A DNA stretch of 64,000 nucleotides from an uncultured Lentisphaerota bacterium (lineage in GTDB: Bacteria; Verrucomicrobiota; Lentisphaeria; Oligosphaerales; CAITYL01), in assembly GCA_903921725.1 (NCBI GenBank), contig CAIXRA010000076.1, forward strand, positions 29,040 through 93,039, read 5' to 3'. A model generated the notes under the pieces. That model saw only the letters and a program-made list of their open reading frames with translations, did no database searches and was not told the origin of the DNA. Below, one piece after another: positions 17,559-28,369 of this stretch; position 1 is the first letter of the stretch; each line of letters begins with the position of its first letter. The position numbers and the translations under genes were made by a program.

Positions 17559-18680
17559 TCAGCCCTTCCCGACAAGCCGCACCACCAAATCCTCCAGCAG
17601 CACCTGCTTGTTGGAGGCGCCGCCGGTGACGCACTTCTGGTACGCGTCGCGCAACAGCGGAATCGCCCGCACCAGCTCCGTCCCGGAATAGCGCTGCGCC
17701 ATCGGGTACATCTTCTGGAGCCGGAACGGATGGAACGTGACAAACTCAAAGCCTCGCCGCAGCGCCTCCGCCCTCGCCTCGCCGGAGAGCGACTCCGCGC
17801 AGCGCTTGAGGACTTCCGCCGAATGCACCTCCCGGTGCTCCTGCAGGAAGACGCGGATCTGGAGCAGTGACCGGAACTGGCCGTGGAGTCCGCGCAGCAG
17901 CGGGAGCACGGCCGCCTCTGGATCCTTTTCCCGTTCCAGGGCCGCCTGCAGCTCGCCCCAGACGGCGGGGAGGCTGCGCTGGCCGACCGCTTCCTGAAGT
18001 GCGAAGGCCGCCACCTCGCCGCCCTCGCCGCGGCACAGCATCAGCACGTCGGACGCGGAGACGGTTTTCCGCTCGCCGGCATGGCACGCGAGTTTCTCCA
18101 GTTCGCCGTCGAGCCGAAGCGTGTCCACGCCCAGGGCATCGACGAGGCATTCGACGGCCTCGCTCTCCAGCACGACCCCTTTTTCCTTGGCGCGGGTGCG
18201 GATGAGGCCGGCCATCGCCGCCTGCCAGTTGCGGTCTTTCGGATCCGGTTTCTGACAGAGCTTGACCTGGCCGCCGGCCTGGCGGAAGGCGTCGCCGAAT
18301 GTTTTTTCCGCGCCGGGTCCGCTGACGACCAGCCGGATGCCCGGCGGCAGCCCGGCGGAGACAACCTCCGCCAGCCGGGCCGGCGCCTGCGCATCGGCCG
18401 ACTTCGCCGCCCCTTTTTTCCCGACCTCCATTGCGAAGCCCGATGTCTTGTGAAGCCAGACGGTCTTGTGTTCCAAAAGGAACGGTGGCGCGAGCAGCGC
18501 GGCAATCGTCTGCTGCAACAGTTCGCCGGAGGCGAGGTCGTCGCGCTCACGGAACGCCTCCAGCGCGCCCGGTTCCGGATCGGCGCCCGCCAGCCGGGCC
18601 ACCAGCGCCTTCGCCTCGGCCTCAATGGCGGCCTCATCGTTGCCGGCCACAAGAAAAATTGCGGTTTCAGGAGCGCCCAT
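17559..18680 (-). CDS. holA: DNA polymerase III subunit delta
   Basis: IFLVAGND, PPFLLEHKTV, AKEKGVVLESEAVECLV, LDGELEKL, FALQEAV, HPFRLQK. Confidence 0.8.
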   Translation of the reverse strand: MGAPETAIFLVAGNDEAAIEAEAKALVARLAGADPEPGALEAFRERDDLASGELLQQTIAALLAPPFLLEHKTVWLHKTSGFAMEVGKKGAAKSADAQAPARLAEVVSAGLPPGIRLVVSGPGAEKTFGDAFRQAGGQVKLCQKPDPKDRNWQAAMAGLIRTRAKEKGVVLESEAVECLVDALGVDTLRLDGELEKLACHAGERKTVSASDVLMLCRGEGGEVAAFALQEAVGQRSLPAVWGELQAALEREKDPEAAVLPLLRGLHGQFRSLLQIRVFLQEHREVHSAEVLKRCAESLSGEARAEALRRGFEFVTFHPFRLQKMYPMAQRYSGTELVRAIPLLRDAYQKCVTGGASNKQVLLEDLVVRLVGKG

Positions 18681-18734
18681 GAGATTGTTTTCCGGTTGCG
18701 GGATGAGGCTCGGCGGCAATTGAAAAAAGCGGTG

Positions 18735-19244
18735 TCACCCGCCGCCCAGAAAGCCGTTCACGGCGAGGAACATCACGGCCAGTCCGAGAGCCGACGCCAG
18801 CGAGGCGCCGCGGTCAAGCCAAAGATACCAAGCGGGCAGCTTCCGCAGCTGCTCGAAGATGTCCGCAACGCCATTGCGCCGCCGCCGGACAAACCACATG
18901 TCCAGCATCAAAAGGAGAAAGGTTTTCAGCAGCAGCGCACCGGCCAGCCAGGGCAGCATCCGGAGCCGCAGGAAATAGGCCAGCGTCGCCACCTCCGCCA
19001 GCGAGACGGCCAGCTCCAGCATGCCCAGCCGCGCAACGCGCCGGAGGAATGCCGCCTCGACATCCCCGGACGGCGTGGCGTCACCGCGCACCACGCGCCC
19101 CGCCCGCTGCAGAAGGTCCGCGTCGGCACCTGCCACGGCGGCGCACAGCGGATCGCCCAGAAGGGCGGCGCGCAGTGAATAAAGGGTCAGCAACCAAACG
19201 ATGACGCTGAGCCCCAAGACCGGAATGTCCGTCGGCGAAGCCAT
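18735..19244 (-). CDS. Hypothetical membrane protein
   Basis: 169 aa, 3-4 hydrophobic segments, in a co-directional run between ftsQ and holA. Confidence 0.65.
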   Translation of the reverse strand: MASPTDIPVLGLSVIVWLLTLYSLRAALLGDPLCAAVAGADADLLQRAGRVVRGDATPSGDVEAAFLRRVARLGMLELAVSLAEVATLAYFLRLRMLPWLAGALLLKTFLLLMLDMWFVRRRRNGVADIFEQLRKLPAWYLWLDRGASLASALGLAVMFLAVNGFLGGG

Positions 19245-19265
19245 GTTGAGAGACCATCCTGTTCG

Positions 19266-20342
19266 TCAGTGCGGATGCGCCGTCGCGGAGGCCGCCGTGT
19301 GCGCGCTTCCTGTTCCGTGGAACGGCATGACGGCGCCGGACGCCGGTTTCGCCGGTGCTTTATGGGGCTTCGGCGTTGCAGGCTTGGGCGTCACGGTCTT
19401 GGCGGACGTACCAGGCTTCGGCACCGCAGCCGGAGACTCCACCCCGGACGTTCCGGGCGGAAGTGTGGCGGGATCGATCGCGCCAAGTACCGGCACGTTG
19501 GTCACATAGGTGGCGTCGATGAAGCGCGTCTTCAACTGTCCCAGCATGCGGTCGGCGGCGATTTTCTCGACGCGGAACAGGGCCGCGTCAATCTCCACGT
19601 CGGAGGTGGCGGGCACAATCATCTGCGCATCCTCGACGAACGTGCTGCGCGCCCGCAGCAGAACCCGCAGCTGCCGCTGCTCCGTGTCGCATGCGATGCG
19701 TTTCACGTCGAACAGCCGGCCATAGGGCCTTGTGTTGATCAGATGCAGGAAGCGAAGGACGCCCTGCGTCATCTCGTCCTCGGCCTTCTTGCCCGTCGGC
19801 GTAAGTTCGGCGCTTTTGAGATTGGAAACCAGCGGCAGCGACTCCGTTTTCTGTTCCGCCGCCGACATGGGCGGGAGCATCCAGCCTTCCGCGTCCAGCA
19901 GCCTGCCGTTGCCTCCGGCCAGCCGGACGACCGGCACGCGCTCCGTCACCGTCACCTCCAGTTTCGAGGGAAGGACTATCTGGAAGTCGGCTTTGGACAC
20001 CATCACGAACTTTGCCAGACGCTCGCGAAGTTCGGGGATGTCGAGCGCAAAAAGGTTGGACTTCCCTTTTTTGACGTTCCAAACTTCCAGACGCCGGAGA
20101 ATCTCCTCCTGGCGCAGGTTTCCGTTGACCGTGACTTTGATCTCCTGCAGCGTGAAGTGTGGATTTTCCGTGAGGAAAACACGGACGGCCATGCGGCCGG
20201 CGCCGCGCACCCCGATGAACAGCAGAAACAGCGCCAGACACGCCGCCCCGGAATAGAGCAGGAGACGCAGCAGGCGCGTCCCCGTCTGTGCTTCCGCCGC
20301 CGGACGCCCCGGGCCACCGCGTTGTGCCGTCTCGTCTTTCAC
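19266..20342 (-). CDS. ftsQ: Cell division protein FtsQ/DivIB-like (POTRA)
   Basis: Single TM, FTLQEIKV.VNGN, NLFALDI.ELRERL, LPSKLEVTVTERVPV, LLDAEG, LPLVS, IDAT; Pro/Lys-rich tail. Confidence 0.75.
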   Translation of the reverse strand: MKDETAQRGGPGRPAAEAQTGTRLLRLLLYSGAACLALFLLFIGVRGAGRMAVRVFLTENPHFTLQEIKVTVNGNLRQEEILRRLEVWNVKKGKSNLFALDIPELRERLAKFVMVSKADFQIVLPSKLEVTVTERVPVVRLAGGNGRLLDAEGWMLPPMSAAEQKTESLPLVSNLKSAELTPTGKKAEDEMTQGVLRFLHLINTRPYGRLFDVKRIACDTEQRQLRVLLRARSTFVEDAQMIVPATSDVEIDAALFRVEKIAADRMLGQLKTRFIDATYVTNVPVLGAIDPATLPPGTSGVESPAAVPKPGTSAKTVTPKPATPKPHKAPAKPASGAVMPFHGTGSAHTAASATAHPH

Positions 20343-20687
20343 GCTTCAAGCCTTCTTGTTGACCGGATTCTCCCCGCCGCAGGCGCGGGGGGCGTTCCGG
20401 GACCTTCCCGGTCTGACATCATCATCACATGCCGTACGACAAGCTGGCGTTTCCACCGCCCGCCATGCGCTCCGTACAAGCTGTTTGGACGGAATTGCAG
20501 GATTCAACGGACCGGGAGGATGAGAACTGCCGCCATTTCCTCAAAACGACCCCACCCTGAAAGGCCCGTAATCCTGTCAGCCTGTCCAACAAACCGTACG
20601 GGGTTAGCTTATCGCGGAAGCGCCGAAAATCAACCGCCGGAAGCGTGGTTTCCGCATCATGCCTTCGGGGCGGCCTCCGGCGGCACC

Positions 20688-21554
20688 TCACGTCCCTATT
20701 TTTTTGAATTCCCGAGCGGTCTCCGGCGATGCGGTGCGTTTGGCCGGCGGCAGCAGCGGCGCGGCGAACAGATCCGATGGTTCCGGTTTCTCCGACGGCT
20801 TCGCAATCTCCGCCTCGCCAAAGGTGATCCGCGCCTCCCACTTGGGCTTGACAAGGCCGCTCAGGCGCATGGCGACGGGGAACCAGAAATCGCCGTTTCG
20901 CTTGAACTCCTTGAACTCAAAACAGCGCCACGGCTCCTTTTCACCCTCGCGCAGCCAGTTGACGCGGAAGGGGAAGGCGCACGACTTGGCCATCCAGACC
21001 TGAACGCGCTCCTTTTTCTGCGGGTTCGCCAGCTCCAGCACGCGGCACCCCTGCCCGCGCACGGACTCCTCCGGCAGTTCGCGGGCAAAATTCCAGTAGA
21101 GGAAGCCGAAGGAAAGATCGTCCGGCAGCAGCCCGAATTTTTCCAGCGTCATCTGGGCGGGAGCGACGGGAGAGAGGTCGAGGTTCACGTCCGGCACGCC
21201 GCCGTCCGCCCGGTAGGTCTGCGTCACGCGGGCGACCTGGCCGTCCTTCATTTCAAGCTCGGCCTGGAGCATGTCGGTGCCCATGTGCATCGAAAGCCGG
21301 ACGGCGGCGGAACGGCGGACCTCGCCGTGGTAGTCGGCGGTCCCCTTCAGCCGGCACCAGACCGCCGACAGGAACGGACGCCGCGCCAGTTCAAGGAACT
21401 TCGCCGGCGGCAGCGCCTGCTCCTCGGGCGAAAGGGTGCGCACCGCAATCTCCTCCGGCGCGGCGGCGGGCGCCGCCTTCACCGCTTCGTCCGCCTTCGC
21501 GGGGCACGCCGCCAGGCAGGCCGCCGCCGTCATCCACGCCAATGCAATGCGCAT
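20688..21554 (-). CDS. LolA-like outer-membrane lipoprotein-sorting protein
   Basis: Signal peptide; EESVRGQGCRVLEL, VQVWMAK, FKRNGDFWFPVAMRL. Confidence 0.6.
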   Translation of the reverse strand: MRIALAWMTAAACLAACPAKADEAVKAAPAAAPEEIAVRTLSPEEQALPPAKFLELARRPFLSAVWCRLKGTADYHGEVRRSAAVRLSMHMGTDMLQAELEMKDGQVARVTQTYRADGGVPDVNLDLSPVAPAQMTLEKFGLLPDDLSFGFLYWNFARELPEESVRGQGCRVLELANPQKKERVQVWMAKSCAFPFRVNWLREGEKEPWRCFEFKEFKRNGDFWFPVAMRLSGLVKPKWEARITFGEAEIAKPSEKPEPSDLFAAPLLPPAKRTASPETAREFKKIGT

Positions 21555-21765
21555 GATCCGCACTCCTTGTTCAAGTTCCAAAAAACACCGCCGCCGGAAC
21601 AGCGCATAGTGTACCCCCGGTTCGGCCGCTTGGAAACCGGAAAACGAAGAAATCGCACCCGTCCGGCGTTACTGCAGGGAACGTTTATAGTATAGGCTTC
21701 CCCAAAAATGGAACCCGGTCCCGTCCGGGATGCATTTTCCAGCAGAACGAAGGAGTCAGGGCGCC

Positions 21766-24700
21766 ATGAAAAAAATCCTCAAGGCCAGCCTCCCCGCCGC
21801 CGCAATCTTGGCTGTGCTGTCCGTTGCCGCCTATTTTATCGTCGGAAGCTCCTGGTTCGTGAAGGGGCAGCTGCTGCCGCGCGTCTCCACGGTGCTCGGC
21901 ATGCCGGTCACGGTGGAAACCGTCTCCTTCTCTCCGCTCTCGCGTTTGGAGATGACGGGGCTGCGCGTCGGCGGCGGGGACGCACCCTTGGCCGAAGTGA
22001 AGACGCTGCGTGTCCGCTACAGCGCCCTGGCCGCCGTTTTTGGCGGCATGGTCTCCGTCTCGGAACTGTTCGTGGACGGTGCCAAGATCCGGGTCGTCCA
22101 GAAGCCGGATGGTTCCTGGAGCCTGCCGCAGCCGCCCAAATCCGCCGCGGCGGAAAAACCGAAACCGGCGGCGGTCCCCGCGAAGCAGAAGGCGCTCAAG
22201 CTCGACATCCGCAACGTCCGCATCGCCGACGCCGAGTTCACTTTTGACCAGAAGACGCCATTGCCCGCCACCATCCGGCTCCGCAGCGTCAACCTCGCCG
22301 TCCCGGTCGTCCACCAGGGAGAAACGCTCGACCTCGGCTTTACCATGCTGGCAAGCGTCATGCGCAACAACGAGACGCTGGCCGAGCGGATGCCCGTCAC
22401 CGCGCTCCTCACCTTTGTCCCGCCCGCGGAAATCGGCCAGTTGCCGCGCGACCTGCGCCTCCAGCTCCGCGCCGGCGACGCCGTCGCCCCGGCCGCCGCC
22501 GAGGCCAAGCCGAAACCGCTGGCCGATGCCCAGGCGCGCCTCTTCGCCGGGATGCCCGGCCTGGACAAGACCTTTGCGGAGTTCGCAAAACTGCCGCCCT
22601 CCGGCGGCGCCGTCACCGCCACCGTCGCGTTCGCCACCACGGACGCCGGCAGTCAGTGCAGCGTCGAACTCTCCGGCACGTTCGCCAAAAACGCCGCCCA
22701 GCCGGAATTCCATCTCCAGGTTTCCGGACATTCCGGAGCGGGCACCCAAACCTTCCCGATGGCGCTGACAATCCGCGCCGAGATCGCCCCCGCCGCCGGC
22801 ACGTTGCGCGCGCTCTCCGGACTGCCTCTGACGCCGTTCACCGGCGCCTACGCCGGCGACGTCACGGTGGCGGCCGGGAACAAGATTTCCGCCACGGGCG
22901 ACTTCAAGCTCGACGGCCTGGGGCTGGCGGACGGCAAGGGCGCAAAACTGCCCCCGCTCAGCATCGCCGTGCGGCACGCCGTCACGGTCGACCCCGCCGC
23001 CGGTTCCGCCACGGTCGCCAAGCTCGAGGGCTCCGTCGTCCAGAACGGCCGCGAGATCGCCTCCATGACCCTTTCCGAGCCGGCGGTCATCGCCTGGAGC
23101 GGTGGAAAATCCCCGGCCGCTTCCCCCGCGCGGCTCCGCATCGCCACGCACGACTTCGATCTTGCGACGGTGGCACCCTTCCTGCCGCCCAAACTCCCCG
23201 TCACCCCCCTCGGCGGCACCATCAACTCCGCGCTTGACGTGACCGTCGAGAACCGGGGTTCCTCCATCACCTTCAACGGTCAGGCGTCCGGAACCGGCAT
23301 CCGCCTGCGACACGGCGCGAGAGAGATCCCCGCCTACTCCTTCCGCAACCAGGCCAACGGCAGCCTGGTCAACTTCTCGCGCCTCACGCTGGAGATGCAC
23401 CCGTCCGTCGCCGTTGAAAACGTTACAGCCCTCCAGCTCAACCTGACGCTCACCGCCGACCTGGCGACGCGGGACACCGACCTGACCGCCGAGATCCCGC
23501 TCGCCAGCGAACGCCTTCTCGCCTTCCTGCCGAAGGACATGACCCGCCAGGTCACGGCGCTCAAGCTTCAAGGAAACCTCAAGGCCGCGGCCCGCAACCA
23601 GTTCCGCAGCATCACCGCCTCCGGTGAACTCAGCGTCCCGCAGATCGAAGTGCGGCTCGCGGACGGCACTCCGCTGCCCGCCGCGCAGGCCGCCGCCGCG
23701 TTCGCCGCCTCCGCCGACCTGACGAAATCAACGGGCCGTCTTGAAAAACTTGAGCTGTCGGTTAAACAGTCCGGCCGCCCCGTCGTCACCGCCGAACTTT
23801 CCGCGCCGATGGCGCTTTCTTGGGCCGGTGCCGCCACTCCGGAGGACGCCGAGCTGCGGTTGACCGTGGACGCGCTGGACCTGACGGTGGTCAAGCCGTT
23901 CCTGCCGCCCGCCGCGCCGCACCCGGAATCCGGCACGCTGTCCGCCAGGATCACCGGAAAAATGGCGGAGAAGGGCACCGCCTTCCAGGCGACCGGAAAC
24001 TGGTCCGTGCAGGAACTCCGCCTGGCCTCCGACCAGACCGCCGCCACCGCCAAGGGCACGCTGGACGCACTGTTCCTGCCCGCGCCCGGCGAACTCCGCA
24101 TCAAGTCCTGCACGTTCAAGGCCGAACAGGGCAACACCCCGCTGGCCGATGCCGCGCTGACTGGCGTCGCCTTCCTGCCGCCGTTCGCGGACCGCCCGAT
24201 GCTGCTCTCCGTCACCGGCGGCACCCTGAACCTGACTGCCATGAAGGCGCTGTTGGAAAAGCCGGGCGCCAAAGCTGCGGCGGATGAAACCGCACCCGTG
24301 GATACCGCGCCCGCCGTGGAGCCGGGGCCGCAGGATATGAAAGGGTTGCGCGCCACCGTCACCATCGACCTGAAAAACATCGTCTACGGCGAAATCGCCG
24401 CCTGTGACATCCTCGCCACGCTGGAAGTGAAGGCGAACACCGTCACCGTCAAGCCGTCCACGCTCACGCTCAACGGCGCGCCGGTCTCGTTCCAGGGGCG
24501 CGCCGACCTTGGCGCCTCGCCGTGGAAATACGACGGCGTCTCCATGAAACTCGATAAGCTCGCCCTCGCCCCGTTCATCGGCACCTTCGCGCCGAAGTTG
24601 AAGGACCAGATGGCGGGCGAAGTGAAGTCGCTGGCGCTTTCCGCTTCCGGGTCCGGCGTCACCCCGGCCAGCCTGGCCCGGACATGCACCGCCTCGTGCG

Positions 24701-25395
24701 ACCTTTCCATGACCGGCGTCAAGCTCGACAACCTGCCCGTGCTTGTCGAGGCGGCCGACTCTGCCGACATCCCCGAGCTGAAAACCGTCCAGTTCGACAC
24801 CGTCCACGTAAAATTCGCCGGCACCGGCCTGATGACGATTGAGGAAATCAAGGCGTCCGGCCCCTCCCTCAGCATTGACGTCACCGGCGCCTTCCGCGCG
24901 GACAAGTGGCTGGAAAAGATCAACATCATCCCCGCCGTCGCCGGCGATCTGGAAGCCCGGATCCGCACCTCCTCCACGCTCAACGTGCTTCTGTGCGCAA
25001 GGAACGGCGGCTACGCGGGCTTCCTAATCCCCGTCGTGCTACCCACCGGTTATGCCAACCAGATCTCCGCCAGCAAAATTGTGAAAACACTCCTGAAGGA
25101 GGCAGGCAAGCGCGCCGCCACGAACATCGCAACCGGGGCGCTCGAATCGTTGGGCAAGGGCGAGAAGATCAGCGGAAAGAAACTCCTCCAGGGGCTTTTG
25201 GGTGGCGGCTCCACCACGGACACGCAGCCGCCAGCGAATCAGGGCGGAACCACCACCCCCGCGCAGCAACTCCAGCCCCAGACGCCCGCGACGCCCCTGG
25301 ACCCGCAGCAGCCGGTGCCGCCGAAAAAGAAAAAGAAGAAGGCGCTCGACATCTTGGGCGACGTACTGAACAACCAACTCGACCCGAAAAAATGA
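21766..25395 (+). CDS. AsmA-like (repeating beta-groove) large periplasmic protein
   Basis: N-terminal TM, then LLPRVS..LG.PVTVETV...VSVSELFVDGAKIRVVQKPDGSWSL; long beta-rich body; AsmA-like C-terminus. Confidence 0.8.
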   Translation: MKKILKASLPAAAILAVLSVAAYFIVGSSWFVKGQLLPRVSTVLGMPVTVETVSFSPLSRLEMTGLRVGGGDAPLAEVKTLRVRYSALAAVFGGMVSVSELFVDGAKIRVVQKPDGSWSLPQPPKSAAAEKPKPAAVPAKQKALKLDIRNVRIADAEFTFDQKTPLPATIRLRSVNLAVPVVHQGETLDLGFTMLASVMRNNETLAERMPVTALLTFVPPAEIGQLPRDLRLQLRAGDAVAPAAAEAKPKPLADAQARLFAGMPGLDKTFAEFAKLPPSGGAVTATVAFATTDAGSQCSVELSGTFAKNAAQPEFHLQVSGHSGAGTQTFPMALTIRAEIAPAAGTLRALSGLPLTPFTGAYAGDVTVAAGNKISATGDFKLDGLGLADGKGAKLPPLSIAVRHAVTVDPAAGSATVAKLEGSVVQNGREIASMTLSEPAVIAWSGGKSPAASPARLRIATHDFDLATVAPFLPPKLPVTPLGGTINSALDVTVENRGSSITFNGQASGTGIRLRHGAREIPAYSFRNQANGSLVNFSRLTLEMHPSVAVENVTALQLNLTLTADLATRDTDLTAEIPLASERLLAFLPKDMTRQVTALKLQGNLKAAARNQFRSITASGELSVPQIEVRLADGTPLPAAQAAAAFAASADLTKSTGRLEKLELSVKQSGRPVVTAELSAPMALSWAGAATPEDAELRLTVDALDLTVVKPFLPPAAPHPESGTLSARITGKMAEKGTAFQATGNWSVQELRLASDQTAATAKGTLDALFLPAPGELRIKSCTFKAEQGNTPLADAALTGVAFLPPFADRPMLLSVTGGTLNLTAMKALLEKPGAKAAADETAPVDTAPAVEPGPQDMKGLRATVTIDLKNIVYGEIAACDILATLEVKANTVTVKPSTLTLNGAPVSFQGRADLGASPWKYDGVSMKLDKLALAPFIGTFAPKLKDQMAGEVKSLALSASGSGVTPASLARTCTASCDLSMTGVKLDNLPVLVEAADSADIPELKTVQFDTVHVKFAGTGLMTIEEIKASGPSLSIDVTGAFRADKWLEKINIIPAVAGDLEARIRTSSTLNVLLCARNGGYAGFLIPVVLPTGYANQISASKIVKTLLKEAGKRAATNIATGALESLGKGEKISGKKLLQGLLGGGSTTDTQPPANQGGTTTPAQQLQPQTPATPLDPQQPVPPKKKKKKALDILGDVLNNQLDPKK

Positions 25396-25488
25396 TGCAT
25401 CTTCTTCATGCGACCGAATCTTTTACCACGTCTTGACAAGCATGCGGGCGGCGGTAATGTACTCCCGAATCACTCCCTGGAGTGCGTA

Positions 25489-28254
25489 ATGAGCAAGCCG
25501 GTCATCATCTGCGTGGACGATGAAAAACTCGTCACTGAAAGCCTGCGGGACACGCTCGCGGTTGCCTTCGTGAACGACTACGTAGTTGAATGTGCAGAAA
25601 GCGGCAAAGACGCTCTGGCGCTGGCGTTGCGCCTCCTGGCGGGGGGCACGGATATCCCCGTCGTCATTTCGGACTACGCCATGCCCGAAATGAAGGGTGA
25701 CGAACTATTCCGGCATCTCCACGCCGTCTCGCCGCGGACGCTCAAGATCATGCTGACCGGACGGGCCGGCATCGAAGGAATCGCCGGGGTTCTCAACGAC
25801 GGCGGCCTTCACCGCTGCATCACCAAACCGTGGGACAGCGCACAGCTGGTGGCTTTCGTCCGCCAAGCCGCTCACGAGTATTTCCGAAAAAAACAGGAGG
25901 AGGAGCGAAACCTCGCCATCCTGAACGCCATTCCGGACCTGATGTTCCTCATCGGCCGCAACGGGGCATTCCTCGACTGCCGCTGCCCACCCTCCGCCCA
26001 GGACCAGCTCTTCCTCCCGCGGGAACAATTCATCGGCCGCCTCTTCGACGATGTGCTGCCGCCGCGGCTCGCCGCCTTGCTCCGGGAAAAGCTTGACGCC
26101 GTGGAGGCGGACGGACAGGCGGGGCGGTTCGACTACAGCATTCCCATCGGCGGGGTGGAACGGCTTTTCGAGGCGCGGCTGACCCGATGCGGGCAGGATG
26201 CCTTCCTTTTGCTGGCGCGCGATATCACCGGGCACCGGCGGGCGGAAGATGCCGTCCGGCGGCAGATGCAGTTCGACGCGCTCATCAACAAGCTGCTGGC
26301 GCGTTTTGCCGGCTGCCGCGGGAGCGAGATTGACAACCACATCCACATCGGCATGGCGGAGCTGGGCGTCTTCATGGAAGCCGACACCGTGCTGGTGCTG
26401 CAGCCTTCCTCAAGCCGTGATTCATGGAAGACCGCCTATGCCTGGACGGCGGCGGACGGCGGTTTTGCGGAGGCGGAAGCCGGGCTTCTTCCACTGGACG
26501 CGCAATGCCTGCTGGCGGGCGGCACGGTCGCATCCAACCCGCCGGCCGATGCGGGGGAGGATGCCCGCGCCCGGCTGGCGATTCCGTTCCGCGGCCTGGG
26601 CGGCCAGATCATCGGCTGCATCGATCTCCACTCGCCGTCGCGCCGGGAAGATTGGACGGGGGAAGAAATCCGCCAGTTGAAGATAACGTGCGACGCCGTC
26701 GCCAACGCGCTGGAACGCAAGTGGGCCGAAGAGGAGATCCACTGCCTGTTGAGCGCCATCGAACAGGTGCCGGACAGCATCCTCATCACCGACACCGACG
26801 GCGTCATCGAGTACGTCAACCCCGGCTTTGAGCGCATCTCCGGCTACTCCCGCAACGAAGTCGTCGGCCAGACACCTCGGATGCTCAAAAGCGGCAGGCA
26901 CGAAAACGACTTCTACCGCGAGATGTGGGGCCGGATCAGCCGCGGCGACCCCTGGCACGGCATCGTCACCAACCGGAAGAAGGACGGCACGCTCTACACG
27001 GAGGACACCGTCATCACCCCCGTGCGCGACAAGGCGGGCGAGGTCACGAACTTCATCGCCGTCCGGCGCGACATCACGCGCGAGCAGGAAGCCGAGGACC
27101 GCTACCGCCAGGCGCAGAAGCTCGAAAGCGTCGGCCGGCTGGCCGGCGGCATCGCCCACGACTTCAACAACATCTTGATGGTCATCACGGGAAATCTCGA
27201 CATGGTCCTCCATTCGCTGCCGCCCGGACACGCCATGGCCGCGGAGCTTGAAAGCAGCCGGAAGGCGGCGGAACGGGCGGCGACCCTGACCCGCCAACTC
27301 CTGATCTTTGCCCGGCGCCAGATTGTCGAACCCCGCATCTTCGACCCCGGCGAGCTTGTCGCCAACCTCGGCAAGATGCTCCAGCGGCTCATCGGCGAGG
27401 ACATCATGCTCAAGCTGGACGTCACCGCCGACACCGGTAAGATCAAGGCGGATCCCGGCCAGCTCGAACAGGTCATCGTCAACATGGCCGTCAACGCCCG
27501 CGACGCCATGCCGGAAGGCGGTACCCTCACCATCTCCACCACCTGTGAAATGGTGGATGGACGGAACGATGAACAGTTCGTCAATCTCGCCCCCGGACGG
27601 TACATCCGGATCAGCGTCCAGGACACCGGAACGGGGATGGAGGAGGAGGTCCAGCAGCACATCTTCGAGCCGTTCTTCACCACCAAGCCACCCGGCAGCG
27701 GAACAGGGCTCGGCTTGGCGACCAGCTTCGGCATCATCCGCCAGAACAGCGGCCACATCCTCTTCGACAGCACTCCAGGAAGCGGCACAACCTTCCACAT
27801 TTACCTGCCGCTGGCCGGCAGCGGGGCCTCCTCCACGCAGTTTCTCCGCGACCTCCAGGCTGCCGCTCCGAAGGGGTCGGAAACGCTCCTTCTGGTCGAG
27901 GACGATCCGCATGTGCGACAGACTGTCGCGCGGATGCTCAAAAATCATGACTACAACGTGCTGGAGGCCAACGGCGGCGTCGATGCCATTGCATTGGCGC
28001 GCCAGCACCGGAACAGCATCAGCCTCCTGGTCACCGATGTCGTGATGCCCGAAATGAACGGCACGGAACTGGCCGACGTGCTGCTCGGAATCTGCCCGGG
28101 AATCAGAATCCTCTTCATCTCCGGCTACGTCCAAACCCACACCGTCGTGCAGCAGGCCGTCAACCAGTCCGGCGCGCAGTTCCTCCAGAAACCGTTCGCC
28201 TCGGACGACCTGGCACGGAAAGTGCGCGGAATCCTCGACAGCGCCCCGGCATGA
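25489..28254 (+). CDS. Hybrid sensor histidine kinase (REC-PAS-GAF-PAS-HisKA-HATPase-REC)
   Basis: CVDDE / VISDYAMP REC, two PAS, AGGIAHDFNN H-box, NMAVNARDAM, DTGTGM, FFTTK, GTGLGL, C-terminal REC (LVTDVVMP); no TM. Confidence 0.93.
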   Translation: MSKPVIICVDDEKLVTESLRDTLAVAFVNDYVVECAESGKDALALALRLLAGGTDIPVVISDYAMPEMKGDELFRHLHAVSPRTLKIMLTGRAGIEGIAGVLNDGGLHRCITKPWDSAQLVAFVRQAAHEYFRKKQEEERNLAILNAIPDLMFLIGRNGAFLDCRCPPSAQDQLFLPREQFIGRLFDDVLPPRLAALLREKLDAVEADGQAGRFDYSIPIGGVERLFEARLTRCGQDAFLLLARDITGHRRAEDAVRRQMQFDALINKLLARFAGCRGSEIDNHIHIGMAELGVFMEADTVLVLQPSSSRDSWKTAYAWTAADGGFAEAEAGLLPLDAQCLLAGGTVASNPPADAGEDARARLAIPFRGLGGQIIGCIDLHSPSRREDWTGEEIRQLKITCDAVANALERKWAEEEIHCLLSAIEQVPDSILITDTDGVIEYVNPGFERISGYSRNEVVGQTPRMLKSGRHENDFYREMWGRISRGDPWHGIVTNRKKDGTLYTEDTVITPVRDKAGEVTNFIAVRRDITREQEAEDRYRQAQKLESVGRLAGGIAHDFNNILMVITGNLDMVLHSLPPGHAMAAELESSRKAAERAATLTRQLLIFARRQIVEPRIFDPGELVANLGKMLQRLIGEDIMLKLDVTADTGKIKADPGQLEQVIVNMAVNARDAMPEGGTLTISTTCEMVDGRNDEQFVNLAPGRYIRISVQDTGTGMEEEVQQHIFEPFFTTKPPGSGTGLGLATSFGIIRQNSGHILFDSTPGSGTTFHIYLPLAGSGASSTQFLRDLQAAAPKGSETLLLVEDDPHVRQTVARMLKNHDYNVLEANGGVDAIALARQHRNSISLLVTDVVMPEMNGTELADVLLGICPGIRILFISGYVQTHTVVQQAVNQSGAQFLQKPFASDDLARKVRGILDSAPA

Positions 28255-28369
28255 CCCCGCCACCCGCCGTTCGCCGCCAATGCCAAACGCGCGATTCATG
28301 CCAAGGTGGTTGTGCGGTTTGACGTGAATGCCGGATATTGAAACATGAGCGCGCCCGACCCGATCCGGC

